From NCBI RefSeq assembly GCF_009914755.1, contig NC_060931.1: DNA of 64,000 nt; one strand, written 5' to 3'. Position 1 is the stretch's first letter; each line of letters opens with the position of its first letter. The stretch is from the human T2T-CHM13v2.0 reference genome, Homo sapiens. The notes below the pieces were generated by a model. The model was given only the letters and a program-made list of their open reading frames with translations. It was not told the DNA's origin and made no database searches. Made by a program: the position numbers and the translations under genes. This document shows positions 14,825-30,669 of this stretch, one piece after another.

Positions 14825-15285
14825 AAGGAATGGTGCTAGGTGCTGTGACCTGTGTTCTCAGAGAATGTAAGTAAAAAGATAACTAATGACTTTAAAGCCA
14901 TGTGGGTTACAAGTGACAAGACAATACTACAGACAATAAATGCTCAAAGACTTCAGAATACTCTCTGCTGGAATAACTGAGAAAGGCCCCACTGTGGAGG
15001 TGAGACTTGAGGGCTCCTTACCTGGTAATACAGAGAGCAGGAGGAACAGTCACCAGAGCTAGGGGGAAGAGACTATGCAAGAATGAGAAATGCAAAAGGC
15101 AAGTAAGAGGTGCAGTGGAACGGATATTGTAGGGGGAATGGCTAGCCTAAATGAATACAGGAGACTGAATGATACGCTGAGAAGCAGACCACAGACTGAA
15201 GAATGTGAACCTTACCCTGCAGGCAAGGGAGGGCTACTGATGATCTTGAGCGCTAGTAGAATGATATAATAAACAATTTTTGGGG
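14825..15285 (-). mobile_element. L2 fragments
   Basis: tggtgctaggtgctg, gaggtgagacttgag, ttaccctgcaggcaagggagggctactga. Confidence 0.5.
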
Positions 15286-15344
15286 GAAGTAAGGGTTGAG
15301 TAAAGTATGAAAAGAAATATTTATATTAATAAAAAAATATATAC

Positions 15345-15446
15345 CTGAAATGGCTTATCTGATTTTCTAAAAGGGAAGAGAGTCTCTCTTTTATCTCCTC
15401 AAATCTTTCTTTTTCTTCCACTGAAACAGTCCCAATTCCATCAGGC
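15345..15446 (-). CDS. CADPS2: CADPS2 coding exon, 102 nt ([34 protein letters not shown])
   Basis: gatttttttttcag|GCCTGAT...TTCAG|gtatat; phase 2 to 2. Confidence 0.96.
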
Positions 15447-16362
15447 CTGAAAAAAAAATCAGAATCAATAATTCATATTGATCGAACATTTACTTTTATA
15501 TATTTTATACATATGTATATTTAAAAATCCAAGGAAAAGTTCACTGTATACATATTAATTGTGTTTACAGTGGAAATTTACTGGAAATATTTGCAGCCAT
15601 TTGCTTTATATTTTGACCCAGAATGAATGGAATGGAATTATTCTCTTTTAGACAGCCTTCAAGGTAAAAGATTATAATAAATATTTTCCAGATCTACCGA
15701 AAACAATGACTAGTCCTTGAAAATGGCAGTGAAAAGTGTTTTATAGTAGTACCAAACATTTGACCAACTAAGTGAAATCCCCTGAATGAAAATATTATTA
15801 AAAAATAATGAACGTAAGGTAAAATGTCTTAACTGGTTCTCTTCCAAATAATAATTCAGCTAACACAGAACTGGAGATTTAATTGTCATAAGAAACATAG
15901 AAATTTTTGATACATGTAGAAGTTCACTGACCTCTTTTTGTTTGCTTAAATACAGGGCATATGAATAAATATTAGAATTAAAATATACAGGGAAGAGAGC
16001 AAGCTATGTTTCTTTTCAAGATTTTTGTGTTTAAATATTCCTGTGAAATCAATGTGAGTTTCATCAGAATTTTACAAAGTAGCTATGAAGACTGAAAATA
16101 AATCTTATTTTACTAAGATTAGGATTAAAAATGTAAAATATATCAAATAACAGAAATTTAGAATTTATTCTGTATCAATTTAGGTATCCGGTTGTACGGC
16201 AATCATCTAAAATTTTGAACATATAAATCTTAACTGTCTTGTTAGTGCAGAGGGAAAAAAAGTATGAATCTCATATTCACTTCAAAACCTGTTTATATAT
16301 TTTAATAACAAAATAAACCTTTTGCACTTGATAATTAACAAGAATCATTTCCTACCTAATTA

Positions 16363-16665
<303 letters not shown>

Positions 16666-18157
16666 TTAGCTTATTTCTCTAAAGATTATATTTTAATTCC
16701 CAAAGACTTGTGCATTTATCATTCCAATGTACTAATTTTAATGGTTATATATAAAATAGGTAGAAACAGGAATTATTGAAAACAAAGAAAAATAAATGCT
16801 TAAAATAACTTTCCTAACAAGATTTTTATTTGTTCCTCTCTATATACATATAATCATATGTATGTGTGTGTGTATATATGTTTGATGCTTGTTAACTAGT
16901 CAATTAGGATGAAAGCAATTAATTTTAAACTTATACCTGAATTATACTGACATAATGACCTTTCAGTCAAATCAAAGTATCATTTAAGTATGAGATTTTT
17001 TTTCCAATATAGAGTACATAATTTTTACTTCAGAGACTCATGTGCTGCTGGAATTTATGCTTTGAAAACATTTCTTACAATTTTTTATTCCTAAATAGGG
17101 AAACATTACTTAATTTCATATGCAAAATAATATATCGACCACATTTATTCCATCTGAATGCATTTTGAATGTTAACTATGGAAAAATTAATGGCCAAATA
17201 TTAGTCTCTCAAGTATTTTTAGGAAGGAGGAAAAGTCTAACGCATAAATTACAAAGCAGTGCACCATGAGCTAATACTAATATTTTATATTTATTTAATA
17301 ATGGATTTTTCACATATTACTTTAGAATCAATTCCCATTGAGCGAATGTTAATACAAAACACAAACTGAAACCTATGAATAATTATGCATTGACAATGAT
17401 CACAAAAGCTCAACTGGGAAGTTCTATATAAATCATTAATTTGGAATTTGGGTATTCAGACAAAAACTATACCTAAATTACATTATCATGTAGACAACAA
17501 TGAAAACTCATACCATAAAGTTATGGGTGATTATTTCACTGAATATCCCTAGGCAAATTGATAAAAAGAGCAAATAACTTATCTTCATCATTCTGCTGAT
17601 TTGACATAATCTTTTGGCTTAGCTACCTGGCAGATGCTATGTGGTTAAATAGGAGTAAACTTTTCTATTTTGTTCAACTGTCAAATGAGATTGTCATCCA
17701 CAGTGATACTGTAAGTTGTCCTATCATATTAGATTTCACTGAGGCCCACTGTCTGCTTGACAGAATGGAGCCAGGGGGTCAGGTGATGACAAGTGAGAAA
17801 GGTAAGTCAGGGGAAGCTCGCTTGTGTCAACCTTCGCTAAGAAAAGAATGTTATACAGAGTGAAGGACCACCATTTTACTGAGTTTATCACTAAATTAGG
17901 TACAAATCTGACAGTTAAATACCACGTTTAGCAATTTGGACTTGCCTTTACACATCCTTATTTTAGAATATATACAAGATTAACTACTGAATATTAGGCA
18001 TAAGAAGCAGCCTTCTATATCTAAATTATTGGTAATAAATGGTAACTTTGCAGTAGTCAACTCTAAAGGCAACAGTTCCTCCTACAATAATTCTTCCCGA
18101 TAAGTGCAAATACTTTCCGTGTCATCAACATCTTGTCACTGTAATTATTAAAACAAA

Positions 18158-18390
18158 CATAATGATGAGCACTTATAGAATTTTAAATACGTGTCTGGTA
18201 TTTTGTACTGGCTATCTTATATGCAGAATAACATATAAAGCTCACAACAATCCTGTCTCCTTTCCAAAAGAGAAGGCTGCTGAGGCTCAGGGCAGTTAGG
18301 TTAATTCCCAAGGTCACACCGCTGGGAAATGCAGGAGCCTGGACTTGAACCTAGGTCTCTTGCCCTCCAAAGACGATGCTCTTACCCTTA
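18158..18390 (-). mobile_element. MIR SINE
   Basis: ctgaggctcagggcagttagg...cccaaggtcacac...ggacttgaacctaggtct core. Confidence 0.8.
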
Positions 18391-18769
18391 CTCTCTTCCT
18401 GCTATATTTTGATAGAAAATAATAACGAGCAATAGAAACCCAATGAAACCATGAAAGTTATATTTGAAAAGCAATAATGGAGTATTTTGAATACCCTTAC
18501 ATTAGACATTTTCTATCTGACTTGTCTAAGGTGGAGACGTTAAAAACCAATGACATTTAAAATATAATGCTTACCATTGAATCAGCAAGTCAGTTAAAGA
18601 AGACCGTAAGAAAGGAAGTCCTAAACCTTGCTCTTTCATACATTCTAAAGTATGTTTTTACAAAAGCCTTGAGAGAAATTTAAACCAGTTATATTTTATG
18701 AATGTTTGTTTAATAGACTCAGAGTATTCGAGATTTAAAAATTATCATTTATATAAGCTCAGTTTATAA

Positions 18770-19562
18770 ATTCATTCCTGCCAGCTCTACCTTCAAAACA
18801 CACCCAGAATGTGACCTTCCCTCACCATATCCACCACTGATCCACTGATCCCAGCCACTATCTGCTTATCCCTGAGTACGCAGGCAGCCTCTTGGTCTTT
18901 CTCCTCCAGCGCTTTCTTTGTCAGAGAACTGGCCACACACTACTCCGAGCCTCTTCAACCATCAGTCATTATGACAGTATTCCTTGACTCAATTCCTGTA
19001 ATGGTGGCACACAAGGTAAAAGCCAAAGCCTTTATAATGATGTATGAGCCCCGCTTCCCACAATCTGACCTTATCTACCCCCTCACTTGCCCTGCTCCCC
19101 TCCACTCAAGCCATGCTGGCCTCCTAACTAGTCCTCAAACACAGGAAGCAAGCTCCAGGCTCAAGGCCTTTGCAAGTGCTGCTGCTTCTGCCTGAGAGTG
19201 CTTTCTCTACATGTACACAAAATCATATATGCACACATGCACACCTGGCTTGCTTGCTCACTTTCTTCTGGTCTCTACTTACATGACTCAGCATTAGTGA
19301 GGTTATCTCCAACCATCCTACATGAAAGTGTATTTCCCATTCCCATAGACCTTTCTATTTTTTAATAATAATATTTATTAAATAATAATATTTAATAAAA
19401 ATGTTTTATTGATGGCCACTGTACATATGGCTGCCATCTAACATGATATATTTACCTATTTGGTTACTGTTTGCTTCCTTTGTAATGTATCTCTAGTGCT
19501 AGAACACCAGATGGCATATTGTTGATATTTAATGCATATATGCTGAGGAAATGAATGAGTAA
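18770..19562 (+). mobile_element. L2 3' portion
   Basis: ctctaccttcaaaacacacccagaat, gcctttgcaagtgctgctgcttctgcctg, ends tctagtgctagaaca...aatgaatga. Confidence 0.8.
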
Positions 19563-19650
19563 TATATGCAATATAAAAATATTACTTAAGATGATAAGAA
19601 TTCATGAATTAGTAATATGACAAATTATTATTACTGCTTATTAGAATTAA

Positions 19651-20001
<351 letters not shown>

Positions 20002-23000
20002 TAAAACAGAAAATTTTGTGAAAAGCAAACAGAAGCAGGAACTGTAGTTAAGTACACTGGTAAAAAGATCTCTAAAGTTAGTATGTATTCACACTTAGCA
20101 GAAAATCTTTAGTGTTTAATTTTATTTTAATTAATAATAAAATAATTTACTTTAAATCTTAAGAATAGAATTTTTCTCCTTAGATATAAATAAACATAAT
20201 AATCCTGCTTTGACATTGATAAAGATTCTGTTAAAATGTGGTTATTTAAAATTCGAACATAAAAGACAAATTTTCTCATTTGAATGTTAAGTGGGACTTA
20301 ACTCTATGACGATAATTAAATATTAAAGTGGTTCTGATGAGAAGAAAGGGTAGTCTTATGTATCAATATTTAATATTCTCATTTTTTTCTGGGGCCTGTA
20401 GTTATTGAAGTTACATGATTTCAATAAAAATAGGGTGCTCTGTGAAAAAGGCTTAATATATGAAAAAATTATAAAACAGATTAAAATAGATACACTTCTT
20501 TTAATTACAGATAAAGTCAAAAAAGTTATGACATAAAACTTCTATCTGGTCTTAAACAATAAGCAAGTGAACACCAAGTGCAGTTGTGTGTTAATTTATT
20601 TCAAAGGTTCTTAAAAAACAGAATTTGTACAACAGAACCTTCTGCCACTGAGGCCTGATCTTAACGTCTGCCTGTGGGTCACACTCTGTTTTCAGAGAAG
20701 CCATCACACACATGTACATCCCCCTGCAAGCTGCATACACACGTGTGCACACAAACACAGACAACACTTTTTGAAAGGCAGATTCATCCAAAAAATAGTT
20801 GATAAGGCCTCTATATACATATTTTCTTAAATTTCTCCATGAGCTAAGCAATCTTGTAATTTGTGCTATTCATCAATCTGGCAGATTACTGCATTCTAAA
20901 ACAAACGCAAAAACTCTTTTATATACATTGAACATCCCGTCATGATTATCAATTCCTCCTGTAACAAGTGTGACGTGAGCTCTAAATTGAAAAAGGTATT
21001 TTTAAACTAAAAGTCAGGAATGAGAGGAGTAAACAGCATTACTCATCCTAATCCATTTTCTATTATTTCGGATGATTTCTGTGGTAAAACAAACTAAAAA
21101 TTTAGTTTCTATAAAGGTAAAGAACAACTACACTATAGGGTAAGAAATATCTAAGAGAAAAAGGGTACAAAACTGGGCTGTAGAATCAGGCATTTGAGCA
21201 GAAGAGAAAATATCAATGAGGAAGACTGCTTAAATATTCAGATCTGTGCAAACCTAGTGCTTTACTTCCCTTGTTTGAACAGTTTGTGTTCACACATTTT
21301 ATAGATCCCTTTTCCAGTATAATAAAAAATTTCAGGGGTTTGTAACACCAATAAAAACTAATTTTGACATGTTTAATATCCATTCCTTTGGAGTACATTT
21401 GAGTAAAGATGAATTAATGGCTGTCAACATTTTCCAAAACACATTGTAAGGAACAATGACCCTCAGGGATGCCCAAATATTTTGTAAACAATGCAAATTA
21501 CGCAACCCTTTTGGAGGTTCACAGAACAATCACAGCATATGAAGGGGTCTGAGAAGCCTGATAGTAAAGAAATCTGTTTAACTTTGTATAAATAGCACTT
21601 CCAGAATTATTTAGTCACATCTGCCCACATTCCTCCTGAAAATTCATTATTTAGTGCTGACGAGCATCCGTTCTATTACTTAATGAAAACTATACCATCT
21701 TCTAGAGTTATTTTTTCAATCACTTTTATCACCTGCACAGCTTTTAGATATGTGAGGGATAAATGTGTTTATAATCCCTAGGCTTTATAATCTCTAGGAC
21801 TCTGCACATTGCCTGGTTTACAGTACTTAGCAAGCTTGTGGATTGAATAAAGACACCAGGGTTAACACTGTATAGTGAAGTGTGGTTAAATTAATAAGAC
21901 ATTAAATTAAATTAAATGCTCCCCCACCCCATCTCCAACTCATCAGGTAAGTTTGTCCTGGAAATCTGGTGGTTTGTTGTAAAAGATTATTTCACAAGCA
22001 ATGCATGAGCAAATGACAAAGTTCATGGTGCTTTTGAGTTACTTATAGGCTTCTTTTCACCTGCTTCTGCTACGAGGAATGAGGAATGCATGACATCTTA
22101 GCTTCCTCTAGGGAAAGTGAGAAGGGGAGAGACACCTAGAGGGTGGTATTTCTGAATTGTCAATTCTGCCTGCAGCACAGCAGGTAAAAGTCACTTTGCA
22201 CTTCGTGTATTTCCCACCAATATCCATTTGTGAACAGAATGGAAAGGAGAGGATGTCACAGCACGAGAATAAGAAATGATAAAAGATGATGAGGAAGAAA
22301 ACAATAATCCCTTCTTTTTTATTTCCTAACCTATAATACCTCCTATTGTTTGAATCAAATGATGTATTACTTGGATGGTCATATATTACACACTCAGTGT
22401 CCTTTTACTTCCCCTCTAATTTTAAATATCCAGAAGAAATTAATTGTGTCTTTATATGATCATTGAGATATAAAAAACAGATTTTCTATGAAAAAATATT
22501 TTAAAAGATGAAATTCTGAAATATGTTCTTATCTTTTTGCAAACACTCCCCCCTTCCTTGTCTGGATTTTGCACTGCATTCTAATTTCCTTGGATGTTTA
22601 TTTTAAAAAGGGTAGATACCACTATGGTGAAAGCAATCATCTGACTCTATAAAGATCTAAGATCATATTACTTCGTTTTTGTGTTAGGGTGCTGGTGAAT
22701 AGGCCAAGGACCAAAACATAATTGATAACTGGCCTCTCCTGGGACCAAACAAACAAATAAGAAAACTTTCTTGGACTAATCCAAACTGAAATCACTGCTG
22801 TATATAATTCCAGAATTCAAGAGAAAGAAATACCAAGAGCAATTTAAAATAAAAGTAAAGAGAATTAAGGTTGGTATAGAGGTTCTCTGATATAAATATC
22901 ACCCTCTGCCCTATAACTAATATTTTTAAAAAACAACATATATTGTAACTAAAGGACTTCATATATATCATACTATGAGAAGAGAAATTTGAAAAATAAA

Positions 23001-23734
23001 GACCAAAATGAAAATTTCCTATAAATATGCCAACCAGAAATAACTGAAATACTAGTTTGTAAATATAATTATAATTTATTTCTCTAACTCTATAGATGTA
23101 TTATACATTCTGATTCATAATTTGATTGTTTTAACGAACTGTAAGCTTTTAAAATATAATTTAAATATTCTAATTTATAATGAAATAATTATATTTCAAT
23201 ATATGGATGTGCCATAATTAATCCAATTATCCATTATTTAGAAATGTAGGCATTTTTCCTCCATTTTTTGCTATCATAGATAGTGCTTCAATAATTAATC
23301 TTATACTATATATGTTTAACCCATATCCAAATGTTTTCTTAAGAAAAATTCCCAAAGGTATATTGCTAGGTTAAATGCACGATATTTTCAAGTATTCGAT
23401 ACATATTGCAAAGTTGGTTTTTTAGAAAGCACTTATCAGCTTACACTCTGGCCTGCAGTGCATGAAATTATTAATTTTCCTGCAACCTCACCAACTGTAG
23501 TCTTTATCCTTTGTTATAATCATTTTCAATTTTATATACTAAAAAGGGGATCTATTTTAATATATTAATTTCTATGATGGAAAATGATGCTATCTTGCTG
23601 ATTATGTAGGGCCTTTATCATGTGCCATAAAAATAATTGCAGTTGATTAATTTAAAAACATTTAATTTTAAACTTACTTAAGAAGGTCCATAATATATCA
23701 CCTATAAAATTTGTAAACAGATGGCCCAATGTCA

Positions 23735-24040
23735 TTCAATTATTTACTCAATCAATATTTATGGACCACTTGGTCAGGTCATGGGACACAATGTAAGCAC
23801 AACAGAAATGGTTTCTGCCCCAATAGAGTTTATAGTGGGAAAATGCATACAAAATAAAAATTAGACAATAAGTATACAATTACATTTAAGAAGGGCAAAA
23901 GTATAAACATCTGATCTAGTTTGGAGTGTCAGAGAAGGATTCAGTTTGGAAATGATATTTAACCTGAAATGTGATGAATGAGCAGCAGTCATTTAGGTGA
24001 AACCTGAAGCAGAAGGCAGTTTGAGGAGAGGCCCAGGATG
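23735..24040 (-). mobile_element. L2 3' end fragment
   Basis: cattcaattatttactcaatcaatatttatgg...gtcagagaaggattc. Confidence 0.55.
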
Positions 24041-24878
24041 TTCGCCATAGAGATGTCCAAATAATTTTTTAAATGCAAATTTTTTCATGTGACTTCTGCT
24101 TGCAGTATGGTGGACTAACTTGATACTCCCCAAATCCTTATTCACTACAAAACACCTAAATACTGCATAAGCCACAACAATTATATATTAAATGTTGTCC
24201 AGCTCTTACTAGAAAGTAAAATAATTCTCCCAAGGGTGGGAGAACAAAACAAATGAACCTGATGAAAGCAAAGAAGGGGCAAATATGAACAACATGGCTG
24301 TCTTGGTGGTAAATATCAATACTGAGAAAGCTTTACAGCTGCATCCAAGGGAATGGATCACTGAGCCATAGACCTAATTTGGATGAGCTGCTAAGCCTGA
24401 GACACCTGCATAAAAATGGGACCCTAGAATGGGTTATAGTATCAGTGAAAGGATAGTGCACTCCCTAACATCAAGGAAAAACAAGAACAAGTCCTCTTTA
24501 GAGGGAAGCATTCAGAGCCCAGGACTTTTAAGAATTCCCACATATTAATCTTAAGTATAAATGTTTATTACAAAAAAATGCTAATTGCATTAAAAAATAA
24601 TAAACAAGTGACCATGGCAAAAATGTCGGCAGAAACAATAGAAAATTCAGTTATTTGAAAGATAATATGAAATAATTATAAAAGATCTAAGGAAACAAAA
24701 AATGGAATCAAACCAAGAAAGGAAAAAGATATTCAGAAGTAATCAAGCAGAGCTCAAAAAGAATCAAACAGAATAACAGAATTTCCAGGACTAAATAATT
24801 TGTTAACTGAAATTAATAAATCAATAAGTGAGTGAAACAGTAGATGTCAGAGCTGAAGAGAGAACTGAAGAAATAGAG

Positions 24879-25114
24879 TAAGGGTTGGCAAACTACGGCC
24901 TTTCATCTGCTTTTGTCAATATAATTTTGTTGGGACAAGCCACACTAATTCATTTCTATATTGTCCATGACTGCTTCTGCACAGCAATGGCGGAGTTGTA
25001 TAGTTGTAACAGAGACTACATGGTCAAAAATAGTTACAAGATTTTGTATAGTTACAAAGCCCAAAATAGTTGTCATGTTTACTGTAGAGCCCTTCACAAT
25101 AGCAGCCAATTCCT
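24879..25114 (+). mobile_element. MER58A-like hAT MITE
   Basis: agggttggcaaactacggcc...ttttgttgggacaagccacac...gcggagttgtatagttgtaacagagac. Confidence 0.75.
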
Positions 25115-25341
25115 CAACTGGAAGACAGAATTGAAAACATTACACAGGATGCAGCTGGAAAAATACGTAGATAGAATACATTTTAGAGACATTAAAAGAT
25201 ATAGAAGATAAAATGCCTAGTACATGGGTAATTGGAGCTTCAGATGAGAAGAAAAAGATTGTAGAAGAGACAATATTTAAAGAGATAATGCTATTCCAGA
25301 ACTGATGACAAATATAAATCTTTATATTCCAATCAGGGTAA

Positions 25342-25864
<523 letters not shown>

Positions 25865-26450
25865 TGCCAAGAGCCTTCTTAATGGCAACAAAGAAAATCA
25901 GAAGAAAATGAATGTCTTCAAAGTTCTAAGAGAAAATAACCATCAACCTAGCACTGTACACCTAGCAAAACTTTCTTTGAAAAAATAGGATGAAACAAAA
26001 GAAATTCCCAATAACAATTCACAGTGTATAAGAGTCCATTTATAGGAAAGTCCAAAGAACATTCTTCAGAAAAAAGGAAAATTGTTTCTAAATCTAAGCA
26101 AATACGAAGTACAAAATAAGAAAGATAATATTAATTTATAAGCTTAGGAAAAAAGGATATAACTAAAATACCACAGAATTTAAGTATGTAAGCCAGAAAG
26201 GGGGTGACTGGAGGGTAATATTCTAAGGACTCTGAACTACCTAGGAGGAGAAATTTGTTAATTAGCATAAGACTTTAAAATTTCAGCAACATGCCTGGTA
26301 AATCTCAAATGTAATTGTTGGAAAATATAAACTGTTAAGAGAAAAAAAAAGAATTAAAGAAAATAACTTCAATGAAACAAAAAGTATACCAATAAAAAGT
26401 TTATAGAACATGAGCCAAAAAAGAAAGCTTAAAATAAAATGGTAGAAATG

Positions 26451-26509
26451 GATTTACTTTTATTAACATGTGATTTACTTTTATTAATATGTGATTTACT
26501 TTTATCAAT
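26451..26509. repeat. 21-bp tandem repeat, about 2.8 copies
   Basis: gatttacttttattaa(c/t)atgt repeated. Confidence 0.9.
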
Positions 26510-26803
26510 TACATGATAAATGTAAATGGACCAAACTAATTAAAGGACAGAAATAGTCATATTGAAAAATTAAATCAAAATCTAGTTTGCTATTTATAAA
26601 ACACTAAAGTACAAGAATATAGAAAGGCTAACGATGTGAACATGCATCAGATAAACACTCATCAAAAGAAAGCTACATTAATAATCACCTACATATCATG
26701 CAAAAATCATTATTAGTTATGATGATCATCACCAAATGATGATAACAATGTTCATCTACCAGGAATATCTAACAATCTTAAGCTTGAACACAGAACAGCC
26801 TTG

Positions 26804-26926
26804 GGCCAGGCACAGTGGCTCATACCTGTCATCCCAGCAATTTGGGAGGCCAAGGAGGAAGATCACTTGAGCCCAGGAGTTTGAGACCAACCTGTGTGAC
26901 ATAATGAGATTTTGTCCCAACAAAAA
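26804..26926 (+). mobile_element. FLAM / Alu left monomer
   Basis: ggccaggcacagtggctc...gatcacttgagcccaggagtttgagacc then A-rich end. Confidence 0.85.
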
Positions 26927-27294
26927 GCAACTCCTCAAAAACCAGCTTCAAAATATACAAAGCAAAAATTTACAGAAATAGAGAGCAAAAACCACCATGA
27001 CAGTGGTAAATCACCACTCACGTTGGTCATAACCCCACAGATCAAACAGGCAAGAATTAGTAAGACTTTAGAAGATCTTAACCACACAAATCCTGTTTGC
27101 ACTGCCTAAAGAATACATATATTTTTTTTTAAGTGACAGAAAACATTTATAATATTTGACACATATTTGGCCACAAAGGAAATCTCAACAAGTGATAAAG
27201 AATTGGTATCACACAGATCACATTCTCTGAACACAAAGGAATTAGGTAAGAAATCAGTTCTCAAGAAAATAACCAAAAATCTTCATATTCTTAG

Positions 27295-27441
<147 letters not shown>

Positions 27442-27629
27442 TAACCTTGTGTCAATAAATTATGAAAAGTTAAAATTACTTAGAATCAATTTTAATTAAA
27501 TAGTACATAAGACATTTCTATATGTAGTAAAAACAGAATTTAGTGGGGGAAGTTACAGCCCTAAACTCTTAGAAAAGAAGAAAAGCTGGCAAGTAGTGAG
27601 TTACACATCTAACATAAGAAGTTAGGAAA

Positions 27630-29012
27630 GATGACATAACCTCACTAAGGAGGGTGGGAGAAAAAGCTGCTTTCCTATTCATCTTTGGCAAACAGTATTT
27701 TGACTGGAAACTGAAAGGTTTTGTAGACAAGTACTATAGCCTAGTTGGTGAATTCCAAAACTGCTTTGCATGAAGTTCAGGGGTTGAACAATTTTGTAAA
27801 TGGATGGTGGAAGTAAGATTTCTCACTGTTGAAAAGATAAGTTAAAGATAAGGAAGAAAAGCATGCTGAAATGAATGTTGATGTCCTAGATTCCAGTTGG
27901 AGACGTCAGTATGAACTCATGGTTTAGTACACATCATATATCACCTAGCTCTGTCCACCTGAGAGGGCCTGGAAGCTATGATTTTTCCAGCAGAAATAAA
28001 CACACATGTCACCTAGATCTTGGTTTCTAAATACCATTCTCTAAAAAACAAACAAACAAACAACAACAATAACAAAACCAGAGCTCCTTGGAGAACTGAT
28101 TAATTCTTAGGCTAGAGTAGGGAAAATAAAAGATGAGCTTGCAGCATGTCAGATTGCCAGAAACTAAGAAAGTGCTCAAAAACCAAATGAGTGGGGCATA
28201 TCAAAGGGAGCCAGTATAAAAGAGCTTTCAATAGCTACAGCAGGAACAATCTGAGCAACAAAGTAATTTAGATATTATTAGATTGTAACCCAAGGTATAA
28301 AGCAACTGCACATGAATCTATACGGATATAAACAAATGGTTAAATAAATAAATTGGAAAGAAGAGACATATATTCCTTACAGAAGAATTCTGAATAACGT
28401 ATGCAGATAGTTCTCCTTCTAGGAGTTGGGGTTTATTTCCTGTCTCCTCTTCAGTGTGTTTTATTGGACTTAGCTATTTTCTTCAAACTAGAGTATAAAA
28501 AAATAAAAATGACATCTTTACAGTAGAGAAATGTGACAAATACTACCAGGATGTCACGCGGATATTATGTACTCCCTGATAGAATGTGATGAGAAGGGTA
28601 TTTCATCTCTTTACAAAAACTCATAATCTCAGGCTAATCATGAAAATGTCAGACAAACCCAAACTGAGAGACATTTGATAAAACACTTGACTAGTACTCC
28701 TCAAAACTGTCAAGGTCACAAAAAACAGACAAAAAAATCCCTAAGAAACTGCTACAATCATGACAATTAAGTGCAACTTGGTACCCTGAATTGAATCTTG
28801 GAGCAGAAAAAAGGACATTAATTTAAAAAACTGGTGAAATCTGAATAAGGACTGGTGTTCAGTTAATACTAGTGTGCCAACGTTGATTTCTTAGTTTTGA
28901 CAAATGTATGACAATAACATTAAGGGAAACGGAAATACGAAAACTCTATGCACTCTTTTAGTAACTTTTCTGTAATCTAAAATTATCGTAAAATAAAAAG
29001 TATATCTAAAAA
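27630..29012 (+). mobile_element. L1MC-like 3'UTR nested in older L1
   Basis: gagacgtcagtatgaactcatg, agacaaacccaaactgagagacatt, ttcttagttttgacaaatgta, aaaataaaaag end. Confidence 0.7.
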
Positions 29013-29356
29013 AGAAACAATAGAGTTCAACAAAGCCAAAAGTTGCTCCTTTGAAAAGACCAATAAACTTGATGGATTAAGAGAAAAAAAGAGAGAGAAG
29101 GTAAAAATGAACAATATTAGACTGAGGAAGGGAAGAATTGTAGATCGAGCAAAAAATACAAAGAAAACAACTTGAATAACTTAATATCAATACATTTAAT
29201 AACTTAAATGAAATCTACCATTTCCCAGAAAATCATAACTTGCCCAAACTGACTCAAGAATAAATAGAAAGCCTGAGAATTTCTGTAGCTACAACATAAA
29301 CTACAACAGTTAAAAATCTTTCCACAAATAAATTCCCAAGCCCAGATGGTTTAAAA

Positions 29357-29695
29357 CAGGGGTCCCCAATACCCGGGCTGTGGACTGGTACCAATCCATG
29401 GCCTGTTTGGAACTGGGCCATACAGCAGGAGGTGAGCGGCAGGCAAGCGAGTACTGCCTGACTTCCACCTCCTGTCAGATCAGTGTCGGCATTAGGTTCT
29501 CACAGGAACCTGAACCCTATCGTGAACTGTGCATACAAGTTATGTGCTGCTTATGAGAATCTAAGTAATGCCTGATGATCTGAGGTGGAACAGTTTCATC
29601 CCAAAACCATCCCCATCCTACCGTTCCACCCCATCCATGAAAAATTTACCTTCTATGAAACCGGTCGCTGGTGCCAAAAAGGTTGAGGACCACTG
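29357..29695 (+). mobile_element. MER1B hAT-Charlie MITE, complete, perfect 8-bp TSD
   Basis: TIRs caggggtccccaa / ttgaggaccactg; TSD gtttaaaa at 29349-29356 and 29696-29703. Confidence 0.92.
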
Positions 29696-30669
29696 GTTTA
29701 AAAGATGAGATACTGGTAAACTACAAAAAGCCATTCAAGTCTTATACAGAGCAAGTGGGAAAGCTCCCCAGTTCATTTTGTGTGGCTACAGTAACCTAGA
29801 TACCCAATCCTGATAAAACCAGTATGAGAAAGTAAAATAACAAGCCAATTTTGTACGTCAACATAGATCTACAAATATCAAACTGGGACGGCAATGGTAG
29901 TGGTAAATAACACCTATGTACATATAGAGCTTTCTTTGATTGTTTCTACATACAACATTACATACTGTTTTTGAAAAACTTACTGTGTTAAAAATGATAA
30001 GAAGATCCAACTTAAGACCCAAAAACTTTGTCCTATACCTAACTATTGACGAGAAGAAGGCTCTAAAGGTATGAAGTTTAAGAAAAGCTATGTCAAGGTG
30101 TAACCCTTGTTTCTGTTCATGGTTAATGTGATATAGTCTAATATATACTAAAAAATTTCCTTTGCCTTGTCTCTTCCTCAGACCTTCAGCAGGCTGTTTT
30201 ATTTAATATCTCACAAAGATCCAGGAGTTGCACAGTTTGAATGGAAGGTGTGGAAGGAAGACAGAGGAAATTAATTAGGTGGCCTTAGCAACTATTTCCC
30301 AAATTGCAGTCTGTCTACATACTTATCCTGGATGACGGGGTTCTAGGCTCCTGCTTTTCGCTGTCTTTGCCACTCCCCTCTGGGGCCACAGTGTTTTCCA
30401 GCAACATGGGGGTGGTAGGCGGGGAGGTCCCAGAACTTCAGCACAGCTTTTCCCCATGACCACGGATAGGAGATGAGGTGAGGCACTGACTCAGTGCTCT
30501 TCCAGTCTCATTCTCCTGATTGAAACCTGTTTGTGGTATGTTGTCATAACAAAATTCACCTGAGTACTGCAGTGTTTCACAGAACAATCCCCAAAAGCTC
30601 ATTTAACTAATACACTGCATAAAAAAATTACTACATGCTATTTAAGCAATATTTCATCGTTTAAAAAGT

